Source of the DNA: an uncultured Pseudomonadota bacterium | Lineage (GTDB): Bacteria > Oederibacteriota > Muellerivitia > Muellerivitales > Muellerivitaceae | Assembly: GCA_963836235.1 (NCBI GenBank) | Contig: CAWIIP010000002.1 | Span: 576,001 to 640,000, forward strand | DNA: 64,000 nt | Direction of reading: 5' to 3' | Shown: positions 1-9,049 of the stretch, piece by piece | How the letters are laid out: the number at the start of each line of letters is the position of its first letter | How positions within the stretch are numbered: position 1 is the stretch's first letter | Notes under the pieces: generated by a model | What the model was told of the DNA's origin: nothing | Database searches by the model: none | Seen by the model: only the letters and a program-made list of their open reading frames with translations | Translations under genes and position numbers: made by a program

Positions 1-257
1 ACCGAATCCCCGGCTTGAAGAGTGGCTTTCTTTTCGTCCAAGGTGACCTCTACTTTTCCTTCGGCAAGATAAATAAACTCGTGGCAATTGGAATGCCGAT
101 GTAAAGGCGAAGTTTTCCCATCCAAGAGGGTCATGACCGCAACACTCATGCCGGTGCCTTCGACAAGGGAATCGTCCACAAGCCATTCCATGCTTCCCCA
201 ATCCTCGGGGACCAACCTGGATTTGAGCGGTTCGGTTTTGTTGAAGTTACGCGTCAT
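1..257 (-). CDS. Cupin-domain protein (runs off the window edge)
   Basis: Manual translation from ATG at 257 (AGGAGGA RBS upstream): MTRNFNKTEPLKSRLVPEDWGSMEWLVDD...TSPLHRHSNCHEFIYLAEGKVEVTL...LQAGDS, with a cupin HxH..E motif. Not in the ORF track. Confidence 0.8.
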   Translation of the reverse strand, partial: MTRNFNKTEPLKSRLVPEDWGSMEWLVDDSLVEGTGMSVAVMTLLDGKTSPLHRHSNCHEFIYLAEGKVEVTLDEKKATLQAGDS

Positions 258-332
258 GCTTCCTCCTTGATGAAGGCAATCACCTTCCATTAAACTCACT
301 CGGAATTCAACCCTAACTTCGACGAGGACTTC

Positions 333-1166
333 ATGAAACAATCCAAGATCATCCTTATTCCGCTCTTTCTGGCTTACTTAACGATTGTCGGACTTTTCGT
401 GGCCTTCCAAAACCGTTTGGTTTTCCATCCGGTTCCTTTGAATGGCACTACTCCCGCCCAATTTGGCCTAAAGGATTACAAGGATGTTGCCTTTCCCTCG
501 TTCGACGGAGTTACCCTAACGGGCTGGTGGATCGAGCATCCAGCGAGCGAAGGTCCCCACCCCGTTCTTCTTTACTGCCACGGCAACGCGGATTGCCTTT
601 CCCAATTGGCTGAGGTCTCCAAGATTTTCTACGACTTCGGTTTCGATACCCTGATATTTGATTACCGCAATTATGGAGGAAGCCAAAAAGCCACCTTAAG
701 TGAAGGGGCGGTGGACGGGGACGCCTTGGCCGCCTACCAGTGGCTGAAGGCAAAGGGGATTCCCGATAATAAAATTATCATTTGGGGCCATTCGCTGGGT
801 TCTTCCGTCGCGGCGGAACTAGCTACTCAAACCCACCCGGCGGGGCTCATATTAGAAGGCGCCTTCCCTTCCATTTACGCGGTCAGCCGCCAGCGCTATC
901 CCTGGCTAATAGTGTTCCCTTTCATGATTTGGGACAAGTTTGAGACGGGAAAATATGTCACGGAGCGGACCTGTCCATTGCTGGATACCCATGCCGAGAA
1001 AGATACGGTTATTCCGATTGAGTTAGGCGAGAAAGTCTTTGAGGAGGCCGCGAGCCCTAAACAATGGCTGGTCATCAAGGGCATCGACCACAATGACTTT
1101 CCCAGTGTGGCTTATCAATACCAGAAACCGATTCAGGATTTCGTTTCGCTGTGTCTGAAACCTTGA
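333..1166 (+). CDS. Membrane-anchored alpha/beta hydrolase (ABHD12/13/17-like)
   Basis: N-terminal TM segment, HGNA oxyanion motif, DYRNYG, GHSLG nucleophile, D..IP and HND catalytic residues. Confidence 0.9.
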   Translation: MKQSKIILIPLFLAYLTIVGLFVAFQNRLVFHPVPLNGTTPAQFGLKDYKDVAFPSFDGVTLTGWWIEHPASEGPHPVLLYCHGNADCLSQLAEVSKIFYDFGFDTLIFDYRNYGGSQKATLSEGAVDGDALAAYQWLKAKGIPDNKIIIWGHSLGSSVAAELATQTHPAGLILEGAFPSIYAVSRQRYPWLIVFPFMIWDKFETGKYVTERTCPLLDTHAEKDTVIPIELGEKVFEEAASPKQWLVIKGIDHNDFPSVAYQYQKPIQDFVSLCLKP

Positions 1167-1747
1167 TACATCCCTAACTGGGCCCTTTTCTTCCGGTCGA
1201 TGTTTTCAAGGGTGTGAATCAGGTGTTTTTGGATAAAAGAGTCCAGCGTCATATCCGCGTGACCCGCTAATTCAGGGGTTCCCACACAAAAAAGCCCCGC
1301 GGCCTTCGCCGCTTGAACCCCCAAAATATCCGTTTCCAGCGCGATCGCACGGGCAGGCTTTACCCCCATCATGTCCAGCGAGAGCAGGTGCAACTCGGTT
1401 TTCGGTTTGAGTTCGGTTACATCCTCAAAACACCGGATATTATCGAAATCTTCCGCCAGGTTCATATCGGCCAACTTTTGAACCACCACGCTTTGTTTCA
1501 AATTTGAGGTAAGGACCAGTCGGATTTCAAAACCCCTGAGGAGACGATAGCAATACTTCAAAGCGTCCAAAGGTGTTTCTTCCGGAAAATCAGACTTGTT
1601 GTAATTTTGGTTTTGGGAATCCCGGACAACCCAGTCGAAATCGAAGAGGAGCGCCTTGGTTAGCCAAAAGCTTTCGGGGACCATGCCGCCGAAAGGAACA
1701 CCACGGGGGTTGTTGACGTCGGAAGGGCCAAAATTGACAGGGCTCAT
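1133..1747 (-). CDS. HAD-superfamily hydrolase-like protein (degenerate motifs)
   Basis: LLFDFD motif I, LTSN motif II, KP motif III, ALETDILGVQAAKAAG motif IV-like. Confidence 0.75.
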   Translation of the reverse strand: MSPVNFGPSDVNNPRGVPFGGMVPESFWLTKALLFDFDWVVRDSQNQNYNKSDFPEETPLDALKYCYRLLRGFEIRLVLTSNLKQSVVVQKLADMNLAEDFDNIRCFEDVTELKPKTELHLLSLDMMGVKPARAIALETDILGVQAAKAAGLFCVGTPELAGHADMTLDSFIQKHLIHTLENIDRKKRAQLGMYQGFRHSETKS

Positions 1748-1756
1748 TAAAAGATC

Positions 1757-3499
1757 TTATAAAAGAGATGCATCGTCAATAATTTTACTAACTCCGAGAA
1801 CCCAATCATAATTTCTTTCCATAGATTTTGAATGATCGATTTCCCTATGAACCCCATCTATTTCTATAAAATTAAATTTACTTAAGGGAAGTTTTTTATC
1901 AATCGGTATAACTTTAATCGAAAGAAACTCTACTTCCGAAGAATTAAAGTTTTCTCTAGGTTGATCCTGGATACTAAAAGGGATGCTAATTAAGTCGGTA
2001 GAAGTTAACCCACGGGTTTTATTCATTTTTAAATTAGCTTTAGCATCGTCCAAATTTGCTTTCAAAATAAATTCCAACATTAAAGGATTGGCTTTACCCT
2101 TTGTTGCCTGCATGCCCTTTCCAACCAGGAACCCGATAACTCCATTTTTCCCGCCCTTATAGTCCATCACAACTTTTGGATTATCAGCCAAGACCTTTTC
2201 TACTTCGATTACGATGGCCTTAGGGTCAGAAACTTGGGCCATGCCCTTGGATTTCACCACTTCCGCCGGGGACGCCCCGTTGTTGAAGAGTTCCAGGAAG
2301 ACTTCCTTGGCCTGTTTGCTGTTAATGGTACCCGCGTCGATCAGGTCCACCAGTTCGCAAAGCTTCTTCTGGTCGAATTTCAGATCCTTGAGTTCCTTTT
2401 CCTGTTCCTTCATTTGGGCGGCCATGTCCCCCATGATCCAATTGGCCAAGCCCTTGGGATTCTTGGTGTGCTTGGCGCCTTCCTCAAACCACTCGGCCAG
2501 TTCCTGATCGGAGGTTAAAACCCCGCCGTCATAATCGCTGAGGCCATATTGGGAGACGAACCGCGCCTTCTTCGCCGAAGGCAGTTCGGGCAGGTTTTTC
2601 CTAATGCCCTGGATGTAATCCTCACTCAAAATGATCGGCACCAAGTCTGGCTCAGGGAAATAGCGGTAGTCATGGGCTTCTTCCTTGGAACGCATGGTCT
2701 TGGTCTTGTTCTCGGTCACATCCCAAAGTCGGGATTCCTGAACCACCCTTTCGCCCTTATCCAGCAAGGCGGCCTGGCGTTTGATCTCGTATTCAATGGC
2801 CTGTTTGGCGAATTTGAAGCTGTTCATGTTCTTGATTTCAGTCCGGGTACCGAATTTCTCGGTTCCCTTGGGACGGATGGAAACGTTGGCGTCACAACGC
2901 AACGACCCCTCTTCCATATTGCAGTCGGAGACATCGGTATAAAGAAGGATATTCCTCAAGGCCGTCAGGTAGGCATGGGCCTCATCCGCGCTTCGGATAT
3001 CCGGCTCGGAGACGATTTCCACCAGCGGGATACCGCCCCGGTTGTAGTCGGCCAGGGAGTAGTCAGAGGAATCCAGCCGTCCCGCCTTGCCGCCCGCATG
3101 GACCAGCTTACCTGCGTCTTCTTCCAGATGGGCCCGGGTGACGCCGATTCGCTTGGCGCCGTCTTTCGTCACGATATCCAAATACCCGCCATAGTTCAGC
3201 GGCTTGTCATATTGAGAAATCTGATAAGCCTTGGGCAGGTCGGGATAGTAATAGTTCTTCCGGTCCATCTTGGCATATTTGGCGATAGTGCAGTTAAGGG
3301 CTAGGCCGATCTTCACGGCGTATTCGACGGCCTTTTGGTTCATGACTGGTAAAGTGCCGGGTAGCCCAAGGCAAACCGGGCACACCTGGGTGTTAGCTTC
3401 ATTACCGAAAGTCGTTTTGCATCCGCAAAAGAGCTTCGTAGCCGTCTTCAACTCACAGTGGACTTCCAGGCCGATGACCGGCTCATATTCGTTTGCCAT
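1757..3499 (-). CDS. gatB: Asp-tRNA(Asn)/Glu-tRNA(Gln) amidotransferase subunit B with C-terminal extension
   Basis: VIGLEVH, CPVCLGLPG, RKNYYYPDLPKAYQISQ, HLEEDAGK, YRYFPEPDL; downstream of gatA and gatC. Confidence 0.98.
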   Translation of the reverse strand: MANEYEPVIGLEVHCELKTATKLFCGCKTTFGNEANTQVCPVCLGLPGTLPVMNQKAVEYAVKIGLALNCTIAKYAKMDRKNYYYPDLPKAYQISQYDKPLNYGGYLDIVTKDGAKRIGVTRAHLEEDAGKLVHAGGKAGRLDSSDYSLADYNRGGIPLVEIVSEPDIRSADEAHAYLTALRNILLYTDVSDCNMEEGSLRCDANVSIRPKGTEKFGTRTEIKNMNSFKFAKQAIEYEIKRQAALLDKGERVVQESRLWDVTENKTKTMRSKEEAHDYRYFPEPDLVPIILSEDYIQGIRKNLPELPSAKKARFVSQYGLSDYDGGVLTSDQELAEWFEEGAKHTKNPKGLANWIMGDMAAQMKEQEKELKDLKFDQKKLCELVDLIDAGTINSKQAKEVFLELFNNGASPAEVVKSKGMAQVSDPKAIVIEVEKVLADNPKVVMDYKGGKNGVIGFLVGKGMQATKGKANPLMLEFILKANLDDAKANLKMNKTRGLTSTDLISIPFSIQDQPRENFNSSEVEFLSIKVIPIDKKLPLSKFNFIEIDGVHREIDHSKSMERNYDWVLGVSKIIDDASLL

Positions 3500-4972
3500 T
3501 TAATCCTTCCTCAAGGAAGGTTTTTGTTTATGCCAATCGGTAGCCTGCTCATAAGCATAAGCCGTCCGCAACAGGGTAGCCTCATCGAAAGCCTTGCCGA
3601 TCAACTGTAACCCAATGGGTAATCCGCTCTTGGAAAGGCCGCAAGGCACTGATAACCCCGGCAAACCCGTAATATTGATCGATACGGTAAAAACATCTTC
3701 CAGGTACATGGAAAGGGGGTCACCGGTCTTCTCACCGAAGCGGAAAGCCGGGTTAGGGGCCGTCGGGGTCGCGATGACGTCCACCTTCTCAAAGGCCTTA
3801 TCGTAATCCTGTTTAATCAAGCGGCGAACCTTAAGGGCTTTTAAATAGTAGGCATCGTAATAGCCCGACGAAAGGGCGTAGGTGCCCAGCATGATGCGGC
3901 GTTTGACTTCCGGCCCGAACCCGGCGGCACGGGTCTTTGAATACATTTCAAGTATGTTCTCACCCGGCACACGTAACCCGTAGCGAACCCCGTCATAACG
4001 GGCCAAGTTAGAAGAGGCTTCCGAGGGAGCCAAAACGTAATAGGCCGCCAAACCATAGGGCGACGCCGGAAGGGATACTTCGACTATCTCGGCGCCTTGC
4101 TTTTTCAGTTCATCAATCGCCTTCCTCACGGCCTCAGCGACTTCCTTGTTCAAACCTTCAGGGAAAAACTCCTTGGGAATACCGATTCTCAACCCCTTCA
4201 CACTCTTTTTCATTTCAGTCGAGTAAGAGGGCACCACCACCTCGGCAGAGGTCGAATCCTTGGGGTCATGACCTGCGATGGCATCCATCATGATGGCGCA
4301 ATCCTCGACATCCTTGGAAAAAGGGCCGACTTGGTCCAACGAAGAAGCGAAAGCGATCAGGCCATAACGGGACACCCGGCCATAGGTGGGTTTTAGGCCG
4401 ACAATACCGCAAAGCGCCGCGGGCTGACGAATGGAACCACCCGTATCGGAACCCAAAGAAGCGAAGGCTTGGTCCGCTGAAACGCTGGCTGCCGAACCGC
4501 CCGAGGACCCACCCGGAACGCAATTGAGGTTCCAGGGATTCTTAGTTTTCTTATAGTAGGAAGTTTCGGTGGAAGACCCCATGGCATATTCGTCCATATT
4601 GGTTTTGCCCACGCTGACCGCGCCGGCGGCATAAAGTTTTTCTACAACCGTGGCGTTATAAGGCGGCACGAAGTTTTCCAGCATCTTGGAACCACAGGTT
4701 GTGCGGATGCCCTTGGTGCAAAGCAGGTCCTTGATGGCAAGGGGCACGCCGGTTAAAGGGGTAATGTCCTTGCCCGAAGCCAGGCGTTTATCCGCTTCCG
4801 CCGCCTGTTCCAAGGCTTCTTCCCGGGTCACGGTAATAAAGGCTTGAACCTTGGGCTCAATGGATTCCAAATGATCCATAGTGGCCTCGGTCAATTCGAC
4901 TGAAGAAACCTTCTTGGCCTTCAAGTCGGCCGATACTTCGTGAATTGTTTTTTCGAGTAATTCGTTTTTCAT
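3500..4972 (-). CDS. gatA: Amidotransferase subunit A
   Basis: Amidase signature [39 protein letters not shown]. Confidence 0.98.
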   Translation of the reverse strand: MKNELLEKTIHEVSADLKAKKVSSVELTEATMDHLESIEPKVQAFITVTREEALEQAAEADKRLASGKDITPLTGVPLAIKDLLCTKGIRTTCGSKMLENFVPPYNATVVEKLYAAGAVSVGKTNMDEYAMGSSTETSYYKKTKNPWNLNCVPGGSSGGSAASVSADQAFASLGSDTGGSIRQPAALCGIVGLKPTYGRVSRYGLIAFASSLDQVGPFSKDVEDCAIMMDAIAGHDPKDSTSAEVVVPSYSTEMKKSVKGLRIGIPKEFFPEGLNKEVAEAVRKAIDELKKQGAEIVEVSLPASPYGLAAYYVLAPSEASSNLARYDGVRYGLRVPGENILEMYSKTRAAGFGPEVKRRIMLGTYALSSGYYDAYYLKALKVRRLIKQDYDKAFEKVDVIATPTAPNPAFRFGEKTGDPLSMYLEDVFTVSINITGLPGLSVPCGLSKSGLPIGLQLIGKAFDEATLLRTAYAYEQATDWHKQKPSLRKD

Positions 4973-5019
4973 TGGTACCCTAGTTTTCTTTCGCGGTCAT
5001 CGGGGAAAGCGCCCCGCTA

Positions 5020-5304
5020 TTACATGATCTTCGGAACCTTAAAATGCCCCGATTGAACTTCCGGCCCATTGGAAAGAACTTCCTGTTGGGTTAAGGAAGG
5101 CTGTATTTCGTCAGGACGAAAGACGTTCTTCACGTCCAAAGGATGGGTCAAGGGTTCCACATTGGAGGTATCGAGCTTATTCAGCTGCTCGACATATTCG
5201 AGAATGTTGGCCAATTGCTGGGTGTATTTGGCCACTTCCTGGTCGGTGACTTCTAAGCGGGCAAGTTTAGCGACGTATTGGACATCTTTTTCGGATAAGG
5301 ACAT
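5020..5304 (-). CDS. gatC: Amidotransferase subunit C
   Basis: VAKLARL..., HFKVPKI; first gene of gatCAB. Confidence 0.97.
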   Translation of the reverse strand: MSLSEKDVQYVAKLARLEVTDQEVAKYTQQLANILEYVEQLNKLDTSNVEPLTHPLDVKNVFRPDEIQPSLTQQEVLSNGPEVQSGHFKVPKIM

Positions 5305-5383
5305 GAAAACTCCCTAAAAAGGCTGAAAGGATTCGATATATTGCCAGAACCTAGAACCCTTTTCCAGTAATAAGGAACCGGGT

Positions 5384-6103
5384 TTAAGCTCCGATAAGAT
5401 GTTTTTTGAGAAAAGCCAAGGTCATGGCCCAGGCCGCCGCCGCAGAAGCGGCGTGATAGGCGGGCCGATCGTCGCAGTTGAAACCATGTTGGGCTTCCGA
5501 GAATTCTGCGTTGATAAAGTCTTTCCCCGCGACCCGCAAAGAGTCGCACAGTTCTTTTACTTTCTCGGGCGGCGTAGATTTATCCTTGCCCGCCCAAACC
5601 AAAAGCAAAGGGGCTTTTTGGTCTTTAGCCATTTCCGGAGGCTGAGCCAAAATTCGGCTTCCATAAAAAGAAACAGCCGCTCCCAGAGAAAGCACCGCAT
5701 TCGCCATGAAAGCCACCTGTCCTCCCAGGCAAAAGCCAACAGCCCCGATTTTTTCAGGGGTCAGGTTTTCTTCTTTTTGGAGCCATTCATAAGCCGCTTT
5801 GGTGTCCGCCAATAAGGTTTCAGGAGATAGACCATCAAAGTGTGGTTTCAAGGCTGGAAAATTATCGTAAGCCCCCTCAAAGCCAACCGGAGCGGTTCGA
5901 TGGAAAAGCTCGGGAGCGATGGCCACATAGCCTTCCCTTGCTAACCGCCGGGCGATGTTTTCGATATGCTGGTTGACGCCAAAGGCTTCTTGAAAAATGA
6001 TAATTCCGGCCTTTCCTTTCTTATCAGGCTCCGCCACAAAAGCCGCCATTTCGGTCCCGTCGGCCACCTTGAGTTGAACCATGCTTTCTTTGATCTCAGC
6101 CAT
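5384..6103 (-). CDS. Dienelactone hydrolase family protein
   Basis: QEAFGVN, GFCLGG nucleophile, HGFNCD. Confidence 0.93.
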   Translation of the reverse strand: MAEIKESMVQLKVADGTEMAAFVAEPDKKGKAGIIIFQEAFGVNQHIENIARRLAREGYVAIAPELFHRTAPVGFEGAYDNFPALKPHFDGLSPETLLADTKAAYEWLQKEENLTPEKIGAVGFCLGGQVAFMANAVLSLGAAVSFYGSRILAQPPEMAKDQKAPLLLVWAGKDKSTPPEKVKELCDSLRVAGKDFINAEFSEAQHGFNCDDRPAYHAASAAAAWAMTLAFLKKHLIGA

Positions 6104-6123
6104 AAGCCCCCCTTAAGAAATCG

Positions 6124-6990
6124 CTATTCAACTTTTTCCAAATTCGCTATCTTCGCCAAAAGCTGTTTCTTGCCGTGGTTGGGGAACGAGACTGTAACCT
6201 TTAAGTTCTCACCCGAACCCGTTAGGGCCAAAACCATTCCCTTCCCAAATTTCTTGTGTTTTACCGTCTCGCCCAACGCGTAAGGGGCCATGACCGGCTC
6301 TTCATCCCATTCGGGGTCTTTGAGCTCGTCGAATTCCTTTTTCTTGGCGTCCCGAACCTCGTAAAGACCGCCCTGAGTCGCCACAATGGAAGCGGCCTTG
6401 CCCGTCACCTGGATCATATCCTTTGGGATTTCAGAAAGAAAGCGGGAGGGTGCCCGCCATTGGGGGGTGCCGTAAACATAACGACAGGCAGCGCCGGTGA
6501 GATAGAGGATATCCATGGCGCGGGTCATGCCCACATAACAAAGCCGGCGTTCTTCCTGGACCTCGTCATCAGCCTCCATGGAGTTGTTATGGGGAAAAAG
6601 CCCCTCTTCCATACCGGTGATGAACACGATGGGAAACTCCAGGCCTTTGGCGTTGTGCATGGTCATTAGGGTCACGGAATTTCGCTTGTCTTCGAGCTTG
6701 TCCACATCCGCCACCAAGGACACTTGGTCCAGATAGCCCCCGAGAGTAGGGTTTTCGGCGGTCGTTTCGTAATCCACTACCGAGTTCACCAATTCCTTCA
6801 GGTTTTCGGCCCGCATCTTGGATTCGATTGAATCATCGGTAGCCAAATCCGTCAAATAGCCCGACCGTTCCAACACCCTCTTTACGAACTCCCCTGGTGG
6901 TACGCTATCCCTCTCGGCGATTAACCCGTCCATCATGGAAGTGAAACTAGCCAGAGCTTGGGTGGCTTTCTTAGGAAAGTCTCCGCCCAA
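6124..6990 (-). CDS. pcrA: PcrA/UvrD helicase, C-terminal part (frameshifted from 6971..8338)
   Basis: ENLKEL, TLMTMHNAKGLEF, EERRLCYVGMTRA, C-terminal Tudor-like VKHKKFGKG; joins the upstream ORF if one base is removed from the run at 6989-6992. Confidence 0.93.
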   Translation of the reverse strand: MGGDFPKKATQALASFTSMMDGLIAERDSVPPGEFVKRVLERSGYLTDLATDDSIESKMRAENLKELVNSVVDYETTAENPTLGGYLDQVSLVADVDKLEDKRNSVTLMTMHNAKGLEFPIVFITGMEEGLFPHNNSMEADDEVQEERRLCYVGMTRAMDILYLTGAACRYVYGTPQWRAPSRFLSEIPKDMIQVTGKAASIVATQGGLYEVRDAKKKEFDELKDPEWDEEPVMAPYALGETVKHKKFGKGMVLALTGSGENLKVTVSFPNHGKKQLLAKIANLEKVE

Positions 6991-8338
6991 AAGCTGCCTT
7001 CCGGGCGGCGTCCAAAAGCGTCATATCCAGGCTTTTGGCGGTCTCCTCCAACTTCGCCACCGTACCGCTTCCGATGCCCCGGATGGGCACATTGATCATG
7101 CGGCGCAAAGATACCGAATCCTTGGGATTCACCAACACATGAAAATAGGCCAACATGTCTTTCACTTCCTTGCGGTCATAAAACTTGAGGCCTCCCACGA
7201 TGATGTAAGGGATTTTATGTCGGCGGCAAGCGTCTTCCAAAACGCGGGATTGGGCGTTGGTGCGGTAAAGAATGGCCACGCTCCGGAAAGACCGGCCCGG
7301 CTCCCCCAGCCTTTCATAGATGGTCTTCAACACAAACTCAGCCTCATCCTTGTCGTCCTCTGCCTGGTAATAGGTGGGCGTCTCCCCCATTTCCCGGATG
7401 GAAAAGAGCTCCTTTTCCTTGCGCTGGGAATTATTGCGGATAACGGCTTGGGCCGCCTGGATGACGGAACGGGTGGAACGGTAATTTTGCTGGAGTTTGA
7501 AGAGCTTGGCACCGGGAAAATCCTGCTCAAAGCGCAGGATGTTGCGGATATCCGCCCCCCGCCAACCATAAATGGACTGATCCGGGTCCCCTACCACATA
7601 AAGATTATTCAAAGGATGGGCGATGGCCGAGATCAGCTGGTACTGGGCAATGTTGATATCTTGGTACTCATCCACCTGAATATATTCGAAACGCTTCCGG
7701 TAGCTTTCCAGGATGTCGGGGAATTGCTTCAGCAAAAGGACCCCATTGAAGAGAAGGTCGTCGAAATCCATCGCGTTATTTTCTTTGAGCTTGGTCTGGT
7801 ATCGGGGATAGATTAGGGCCACCTTCTCTTGGAAGAAGCCAGCCACCAATTCCTCGTATTCTTTGGGATTCTTCAATTCATTTTTAGCCGCGCTGATTTG
7901 GGAATGCACGGCATAGGGATGCACTTGTTTCTCATCCCACTTAAGATCCCACAGGCATTCCTTGATGAGGGCCTTTTGATCCGAGTCATCGTAGATGGTA
8001 AAACCCGGTTGGTACCCCAGTTTATCCGCGTGAAGCTTGAGAATGGAAAGGCAGAGACGGTGGAAGGTGCCGATGAAAAGTTCCCGAACCTTTTGATGCC
8101 CAGCCAGGTTGGCTACCCGGTCCTTCATTTCCTGGGCCGCCTTGTTGGTAAAGGTAACCGCCAGAATTCGAAAGGGCGATACATGAAGTTCGTCCATCAA
8201 CCGGAGGATTCGGTAGGTAATAACACGGGTCTTTCCGGACCCCGCCCCCGCCAAAATAAGGGCCGGTCCACCGTTATGTACAACCGCCTCGCGCTGTTCT
8301 TCGTTTAAGTCTCGGTAGGTGCGTTTCATAGGTCCCAT
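6971..8338 (-). CDS. pcrA: PcrA/UvrD helicase, N-terminal part
   Basis: LNEEQ, AGAGSGKT, TFTNKAA, VDEYQD, VGDPDQSIYGWRGA, QNYRST. Confidence 0.95.
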   Translation of the reverse strand: MGPMKRTYRDLNEEQREAVVHNGGPALILAGAGSGKTRVITYRILRLMDELHVSPFRILAVTFTNKAAQEMKDRVANLAGHQKVRELFIGTFHRLCLSILKLHADKLGYQPGFTIYDDSDQKALIKECLWDLKWDEKQVHPYAVHSQISAAKNELKNPKEYEELVAGFFQEKVALIYPRYQTKLKENNAMDFDDLLFNGVLLLKQFPDILESYRKRFEYIQVDEYQDINIAQYQLISAIAHPLNNLYVVGDPDQSIYGWRGADIRNILRFEQDFPGAKLFKLQQNYRSTRSVIQAAQAVIRNNSQRKEKELFSIREMGETPTYYQAEDDKDEAEFVLKTIYERLGEPGRSFRSVAILYRTNAQSRVLEDACRRHKIPYIIVGGLKFYDRKEVKDMLAYFHVLVNPKDSVSLRRMINVPIRGIGSGTVAKLEETAKSLDMTLLDAARKAAFGRRLS

Positions 8339-8475
8339 AAAAAAAATATAAAATAACTATCATTGCGGACAGTTGCCCGCGAATAGAAGCAAAATAACAA
8401 CGGATGAACCCCGCTTTTGATGAATTTTATTCGGTCGATGTCGTTCATGCGATGGCAGGTGAAAACCAGTGAAAT

Positions 8476-8506
8476 AAAAAATCCCGTTCCCTTTCGGGAC
8501 GGGATT
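8476..8506 (-). terminator. Intrinsic terminator downstream of the PilZ gene
   Basis: Minus strand ATCCCGTCCC-GAAA-GGGAACGGGAT followed by a T run. Confidence 0.8.
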
Positions 8507-8537
8507 CGGGAATTGTCTTATAAACGAAGACTAAATA

Positions 8538-8900
8538 CTATAAGCTTTTTTCAACGTAGTGCCGGATGATTTTCCTGATTTCATCGTCCGCCACGATGAA
8601 CTGAAGACCAAACATGCCCTCACTGACCCAGGCGAGCTTGGAGTAGACATCGACCATCTTATTTTTTTGGACCAGAAAATTAAGTTTGAAGATTTTCGAG
8701 GAAGAAGGAGACATCTCTACTTCCAAACGAATACCACCTTCACTGACATCTTTGGCCTTAACCTTGATAGGAGTTCCTTGCACTTCAAAAACGTTTCCCG
8801 ATTTGGATTCCACCACATTATGTAACGTTACTGTCTCTTGGAATTTAGCCCGAGAATGTTTTCGACGTTCACTTTTCGACTGGTTCGATTGGCTCATCAA
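8538..8900 (-). CDS. PilZ domain protein (c-di-GMP receptor)
   Basis: ERRKHSR (RxxxR) and DVSEGG (DxSxxG) motifs. Confidence 0.9.
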   Translation of the reverse strand: MMSQSNQSKSERRKHSRAKFQETVTLHNVVESKSGNVFEVQGTPIKVKAKDVSEGGIRLEVEMSPSSSKIFKLNFLVQKNKMVDVYSKLAWVSEGMFGLQFIVADDEIRKIIRHYVEKSL

Positions 8901-9049
8901 AACCCCTCAAAAACTCGGTTAAACGGTAAACAATTGATCGAATAATAGCCCATTTTCATTTGAATGTTAAACGATTCTATTCGGCAAATTTAAATTTAAA
9001 ATGATTTTAGTTTTTTTGAAATCATTTTGATCAAAAGAAATAAAAGGTC

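Noticed and set aside
6985-6995. Programmed ribosomal frameshift in pcrA
   Set aside because: No canonical slippery heptamer, and other nearby single-base indels point to consensus error
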